64,000 nt of DNA. Origin: the human T2T-CHM13v2.0 reference genome, Homo sapiens. The position numbers and the translations under genes are program-made. The notes under the pieces were generated by a model that made no database searches, was not told the origin of the DNA, and was given only the letters and a program-made list of their open reading frames with translations. Positions 58,054-64,000 of the stretch are shown in pieces (position 1 is the first letter of the stretch; every line of letters starts with the position of its first letter). The stretch lies in assembly GCF_009914755.1 (NCBI RefSeq), contig NC_060926.1; one strand, 5' to 3'.

Positions 58054-58194
58054 AGAAATAATACATGTTTGAGGTGGTAGATATCCTAATTACCCTGATT
58101 TGATCATTATCTCTTGTATGCATGTATCAAAATATCACATATATCCCCTACATACATATGTACAATTATAATGTATCAATAAAAACTAAAAAAA
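58054..58194 (+). mobile_element. L1MA-type 3' terminal fragment
   Basis: TGTTTGAGGTG..GATATCCTAATTACCCTGATTTGATCATT..ATGTACAATTAT..TCAATAAAAA. Confidence 0.85.
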
Positions 58195-58519
58195 GACAAA
58201 AACAGAACTTAAATTTTATAGAGCCATGAATGCATTTTGGTGAGATTATTACCTTCCAAAGTGGGTACAGGTGGGTCACAGAAAAACTTCAGTGAAATTA
58301 ATGGGATTCAGGACTGTGTCTAACCCAGTGGTTTCCAATCATTTTGTACTTACATTGGAAACACGCTTGATATGATGAAAGAACTGAAGATAGCAATTGA
58401 TGAGTCAGTGATTATTACAATACAATCAATGGTGTGTTTTAGTATCCAAGAAAGCATTCAGTCACCTCATAATTCGTTTGGGTTCCTTTCAGTGCCATGG
58501 TCCTTATGAGCAGAACTCT

Positions 58520-58762
58520 CTCCTTCTCTCTCTTTTTTTTCAAATGAGACAAGGTCTTGGCCTACCACCCAGGTTGGAGTGCAGTGGCACGATCATGGCT
58601 CACTACAGCCTTGTCTTCCTGGACTCAAGTGATCTCCCCACCTCAGCCTCCTGAGTAGCTGGGACAACAGGTGCACACCACCACACCCAGCTAATTAAAA
58701 AATTTTTTTTTTTTAGAGACTGGGGTCTCATTATATTGCCCAGGTTGTTGTTGAACTCCTGG
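58520..58762 (-). mobile_element. AluJ, 5'-truncated
   Basis: GATCATGGCTCACTACAGCCTTG..CTCAAGTGATC J-type features; TSD TGAGCAGAACTCT at 58507-58519 and 58763-58775. Confidence 0.9.
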
Positions 58763-59005
58763 TGAGCAGAACTCTGTATGACCCTGACCATGCTCCCATA
58801 CATTGTCACCTGTGGTGCTCAAACATTCCACTGAGCACGTGCTCCTTCTTTGGAAGGCACCCTGCCCCTTTACTCACTGCAAGGAGCACCTGCTCTCAAC
58901 TGAGTTACGTGGTACAGTCACCTCAAAAGGACACAGGACCACCACTGCCCTAACAGTGTGTGTACTCAGGTGCAGCAAAAATAAAGAGCATCCTTGTTCA
59001 CATTC

Positions 59006-59154
59006 AGGATATCTACCACCTCATTTGTTTTTTTAGTTTTTATTGATACATTATAATTGTACATATGTATGGGATATATGTGATATTTTGATACATGCAT
59101 GTAAGAGATAATGATCAAATCAGGGTAATTAGGATATCTACCACCTCATTTGTT
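59006..59154 (-). repeat. Inverted near-identical copy of 58070-58194 with 24-bp terminal direct repeat
   Basis: Reverse complement of 59028-59148 differs from 58070-58194 by 2 substitutions and a 4-bp indel. Confidence 0.95.
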
Positions 59155-59621
59155 GGCTGTCCTGTGAGGGTCGGGGTGGTTGGTTGAGGGCTGCTGCCCT
59201 TGTTGATGGCCTGCTCCAGCACGTGGTCAGAGAGCTTGCAGCAGTGGGCTACACACACTTTTGGCCTGACCCTGGGTGATACCTCTTGTGTTTTTGCAGA
59301 ACAAATATTTGTTAAATAAGTGAGTGAGGTATTCTTGCTGTTTCAGAGGTCTCATTGTCAGTGGGATATTTTCTTTGGTTGTATCTCTGGAAATCTTTGG
59401 AGGAGTGACAATCTATCCATTTTCCTTTCCAGCTCCTCTTGCCCAAGCCCATGTATCAAATGAGAAAGTAGGCTAGGTGCAGAATGCCACATGAAGGTGA
59501 GAGGGAGGACTTGGTTGGGGAGAGGTTGCTAATTAGAGGGGTCTTGTGGCCTAGAACAGCTTCTTAGTCTTGGCTTTAGGCCAAAGCCTAACTAGATGTA
59601 AAACAATTGATCAAATTAAAA

Positions 59622-59656
59622 GTGTGTGTGTGTGTGTGTGTGTGTGTCTGTGTGTG
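59622..59656. repeat. (TG)n microsatellite
   Basis: Direct reading; one interruption. Confidence 0.95.
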
Positions 59657-59747
59657 CTGGGAAAAGTGTTGAGAGGAGTGGTTCATAGGTATTATTTGCT
59701 TATTGGTTAGGTTGTATCTTGATGCTCTCACAGATAAGCTCTCAAGG

Positions 59748-59860
59748 CAGTGATCCTCATAGAATTATAATAATTCAGGTAGAGTAGAATGTGTATATGT
59801 GTGTGCTGTGTTGAAAAAATTCCCTAGGTAATTCTGATTCCCACCTCCCTTGAGAACTAC
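59748..59860. mobile_element. hAT-Charlie MITE (MER5-like)
   Basis: CAGTGATCCTCA...AAATTCCCTAGGTAATTCTGAT..TTGAGAACTACT. Confidence 0.55.
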
Positions 59861-60491
59861 TCACTGAGGGAATCATCATCTCACTTCTGCTTCCTCATGA
59901 AAGGGTCCTTTTGGCATTATTTCTCTGGATCTTCTTCATCTGCACCCAAGGCTCACTACTCCCTAGGGTCATTATCAGGGGGAAAAAAAACCCAGATCAT
60001 TAATATGCTAATGAACCATCCACTGCCTGCATTTGCAGAGCAATCTCTGGCTGTAAGAGATGCAGGCTACATGGGTTTGTATTAATTAAGTACTGAATCC
60101 CCGTAGAAAAATTCCAAATCCTAACTCTCACTCTAAGCCTTTAGAATGAGTAAGACTGGGCTGGTGTGTGGGTGTGCTGGACTAAGACTCCAAGGGTCCT
60201 TGATGCTGAAGATGGTACCTTGGAAAGGGATGAGACAAGGCCCAGACAGGCTGGGGTACACGGGAAAGACAGCACAGGCAGCAGGTCCAGTGGGTGGGAA
60301 GCCTATGGCTGTATTGGAAAGTATCTAGACACACAAAGACAGACCAGGGTGTCTTCAGCCAAGCGAGCTGAGAGAAGTGCCATGTATGAAGTCTCTGGTC
60401 TTTCCTTCATAATGGCAGGCAGCTGCAGTCTGCTCATTCAGAGCAGCGGTGGTCAACTCTGAAGGCTGAAACCCACATAGAGGTCACTTGG

Positions 60492-61064
60492 TACATTTGT
60501 TTTCTATCAGCGGCTGTAACACAGTGAGGATCACTGCCTTGAGAGCTTATCTGTGAGAGCATCAAGATAAAACCTAACCATGAAGCTGGTGGCTTGGAGC
60601 AACAGGAATGTTATTATCTGACACTTCTGGAGGTCAGAGGTCTGACCCAGGTATCACTGGGCTAAATCAGGACTGTGTTCCTTTCTGAAGGCTCTAGGGG
60701 AGAACCTGCTTTTTTTCTTTGTTCCAGCTTCTAGAAGCTGCTCACATTCCTTTGCTCGCGTCCCCCCTTTCCTCTCCATCTTTGAAACGAGCCACGTCGT
60801 GTGTTTGGGGTGTTCTTCCATAGTCACATCGCTCTTTCTCTGACTCTCCTCTTCTGCCTCTTTCTACTTTTAAGGCTTCTGTAATGACATTGGGGCCACC
60901 TGGACCACACAGGATAATCTTCCATCTCAAGGTCATCTGATTAGCAACCCCAATTCCATCTGCAGCCTTCATTTGTCTTTGCCATGTAACTTAACATATT
61001 CACAGGTTCTGGGGATGAGGGCATAGCCATCTTTAGGCGGGAGGTCATTCTTCTACCCACCACA
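60492..61064 (-). mobile_element. MaLR solo LTR (MLT1D-like) with a foreign 56-bp insert
   Basis: TTTTCTAT..GCTGTAAC...TTCTGGAGGTCAGAGGTCTGA..GGCTCTAGGGGAGAA..CATATTCACAGGTTCTGGGGAT..ACCACA; TSD CTTGG/ATTGG. Confidence 0.85.
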
Positions 61065-61249
61065 ATTGGTTTGCTGCTGGATCACCTTCACCGTGGGGTA
61101 CAGGCACAGGGGGTATACTGGTAGCAAGTCAGCTCCAAGAATCAAGGTCCCCAAGACCCCCTCCTTCTACTTCCAGCTTCCTCTTCTGTTCACCTCCCAG
61201 CCTGGAACACCTCTAGACATATGTATGGAGTAATTTTAAAGAATAATTT

Positions 61250-61878
61250 TAAAAGGTGTTCTACTAAACCTGCAATTTTCGTAGGAACCAGCAAGTGATT
61301 CTTGAACATTTATGCCAGAGAAATGAAGACTTATCTTGACATGAAAATGAATGGACGTTTATTTGTAATAGCCAAACCTGGAAACAATCCAAGTGTCCTT
61401 CAACAGGTGAGTGCATTAAACAAACTGTGGTCAAGCCATACCATAGAATATTACTTAGCCACAAAAATGAACTATTGATACACACAACTACTTGGTCCAG
61501 TCTCTAGAGAATTATGCTGAATGAAAAAAGGCAATCTGAAAAAGTCACATAGTGTATGATTGAAGTTATAGAACATTCTCAAAATAGAAACATAGAAACG
61601 GAGAAGAGATTAGCATTTGCCGGGGGTTAAGGGTAGGGGTTAGCATAGGTAGGAAGTGGGTATGGCTACGTAAGGGCAACATGAGGGATTCTGGTCTTGG
61701 AAATGTTCTGTATCTTGACTATAAAAATCTACATCCTAGTTTGCTATTGTACAAAAGTTTTGCAGGATGTTGCTATTGGGGTAACTGGGTAGAGAGTACA
61801 GGAGATCTCTGCATTATTCCTTACAACTGCATATGAATCTACAATTTTCTCAAAATAGAAAATGCAATTTTAAAAAAA
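61250..61878 (+). mobile_element. Old L1 3' end (L1MC-like)
   Basis: AATAGCCAAACCTGGAAACAATCCAAGTGTCCTTCAACAGGTGA...TTACAACTGCATATGAATCTACAATT. Confidence 0.85.
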
Positions 61879-62269
61879 GGCTTTTGATTTCAGAGAGCCA
61901 GCAGTGGACTTGGAGAGATTGTTACTCTTCCTACAGGGGAGTTCTAAAAGGCTTCACCTGTTTGGAAAGGAGCTGTTAGCTGGTCGGGGGAATGTCTCTA
62001 ACTTAACCTGTGTTACTTTGAAAACATTTCTTTTCCTTAATTTTTAATATGGGCAACTAATTCATTTCCTCCAATGCCAAGAAATTATTTTTACACATAG
62101 CAACAAGTGTATGGGGTGATTGAGGGTTCCAGCCAATGAGAAGGCACATCCCTCCGTGAGGCTGAACCTTATCTGTCTCCCTTTGTCCCTTCTCATGTCC
62201 TCTCCGGTCCTCTCTCCTTTCTGGGTGGGATTCTCTTTCTTGGTAACTAAGTCCCTCCTCCCTTCTCTC

Positions 62270-62760
62270 TCACTCCCTGTTGACCAGACACAGCCACTGC
62301 AGGCTGAGGGTGGGAGGCCGGGGAGCCAGGCGGGAGGGGCAGGAAGGCGCTGGGTCACAGCCCGAGGCCACTCCTGGCTGGCTCTGGGGTTGGCTTTGCT
62401 CAAGGCGAGAGCTGTCAACTCTGCCCTTTTGAAAATGAGCAACAAAGGGAAAAAGAAAAGAAAAAAGAAAGGGAAGTGGGGGAAGCACAGGGTGGGCAGT
62501 GGGGGGAGGCGAGTGCCGAGGGAACAGGTGGGGACTGTTTAAACAGAAGGCCTGACTCAGCCGTTTCTTTTCACTGCATTTCCAAAGGACTGTTTGTTTT
62601 AGCTCCCCAAGGCGGGTGGCAGGAGTGAGGCTGGGGGCCCAGCCCTGGGGAGAAGCGGGGCCTGGGCTTTGGGGGTGGGGAGCAGGTGTCCTCTGGGCTC
62701 ACAACAGCCTTTCCTACTTCAGGGGCTGGCTTACTTCATGCACTTCCTGGTTTTTGAGCT
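62270..62760. promoter_or_regulatory. Candidate GC-rich enhancer/promoter
   Basis: No recognisable transposon; several CpGs; GC boxes, TGACTCAGC (62553), palindromic CTGTTTAAACAG (62535-62546), ETS ACTTCCTG (~62742), G-tract cluster 62647-62680. Confidence 0.5.
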
Positions 62761-64000
62761 CCGGGGCTTTCACCTAGAGAAGCTTTGGGGATGATGGAGG
62801 ATGGAGAACTGGGTATGAGAAGCTTCAGGAAGAACCATGACACCCCCCTTCCCACTCCCAAATGAGGTATTGATCTAGAAAATATGTAGATGAAGAGAAT
62901 GGTAAAGGGATGAGGAAAAAGAATTATCAAGCCCTCCTCCATCCAATATCATAAGACACTAGAAAGTCCCTCTTCTAGAAGAATACCTATACTTCTTGAG
63001 TCCACAGTTACATTCACAAATAAGGCAGGGCTTGGGACTTGCGATTTGCTCCTGTTAAACCACACCTCCTACAGGAAGGCTCCAGGTCACCTTGTCTTTG
63101 TACACCAAGCTCTGTTTCTTTCAATTAATTCACCTTGGGCTTGCCTATATAACCCTGGAGATCAGTGATATGGTCTATATCAGAGAAGAACAATTTGCAA
63201 ATCCAGGATGGGAGGTGTGGCGATGTTCTTTTGTTTAAGCGACCATTTAGAAAGCTAATTCTTTCAAAAGGTTCAGACTTATCAGACCACTATTAGTGCC
63301 TAAGAAAAATAATGTGGTTTTAGGATTTGATGGATTTCTCCCCAGGGAGAAATCCATGAGCTCAACATGAGCTCCAGCATGGAACATAGTTGGTCTAGAT
63401 GCAAGCTGCACTTAAACCAACAAATGATTAGCATTAAAGGAGAAGGGTAAACAAGACTCTAATTCATAAGTTGCTAACTCTTCCATTACAGTTCATGAAT
63501 TGTCCTCACCTCCATGCAGCCCAGCTTGATCCTTATCAGGTACTCACCATACTGTGTCTCCACTCTGTGTCTTGTGTCTACCTCCTTTGCCTCCTCTTCT
63601 CTCCTTCATTCCCATTCTTCCTGGCTGCCTAGAAGTAGCTCAGCCAGCCTTGCCTGAGCTTGTCAGTTCCAGGGATCAGGGAGTCGGGCATTCCCTCTGC
63701 ACAGAACCCAGTGCAGTGTCAGTACATGATCATTAGTAAATGCCTTCTGACTTTGACGGTGGTGGGTCAGGGCAGACCTGTAATATTTTACCTGGTTGTT
63801 TTGCTTAACATCAAATCAAATTTAAAAGATAAAAAATACTCGGGAATTTCCACATTTGACCAGATTCATAATCCATCCAGGGAAGTATTCTTATACCCTG
63901 AAGGTGTATCAGATCTAACGCCTATTCTAATCACTCTACCTTAGCAGGAAATTGAATAAGGGTTGTGGGATCCTTAGCTTACAAGTCTTCTGGTGACTCT

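Noticed and set aside
59006-59154. 24-bp direct repeats as a CRISPR-like repeat-spacer unit
   Set aside because: Only two repeats, primate DNA, L1-derived intervening sequence, no cas genes.

Overview
Primate, probably human or great-ape, non-coding DNA (intergenic or intronic). I could not identify the locus. I find no credible protein-coding gene, tRNA, rRNA or CRISPR array. The only real coding remnants are the disabled ORF1/ORF2 of a near full-length L1PB1-type LINE-1 (42230-48448, perfect 15-bp TSD). The rest is a mosaic of about 15 Alus, many MIR/L2 fragments, MaLR/ERVL/ERV1 solo LTRs and hAT MITEs, plus a few repeat-poor, motif-rich segments that look like enhancers or promoters (~7.3-8.1, 18.1, 34.1-34.4, 62.3-62.8 kb). 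Repeat subfamily names come from recalled consensus sequences, and boundaries of old repeats are approximate. The most unusual signal is a set of short local copy-paste duplications that transposition does not explain. Three are apparent templated insertions within 56.8-60.6 kb, two of them inverted and near-identical. There is also a 204-bp and a 71-bp dispersed doublet, and an Alu flanked by a 98-bp target-site duplication. I cannot support a new biological system from sequence alone; the best candidate is a recurrent local template-switching hotspot.
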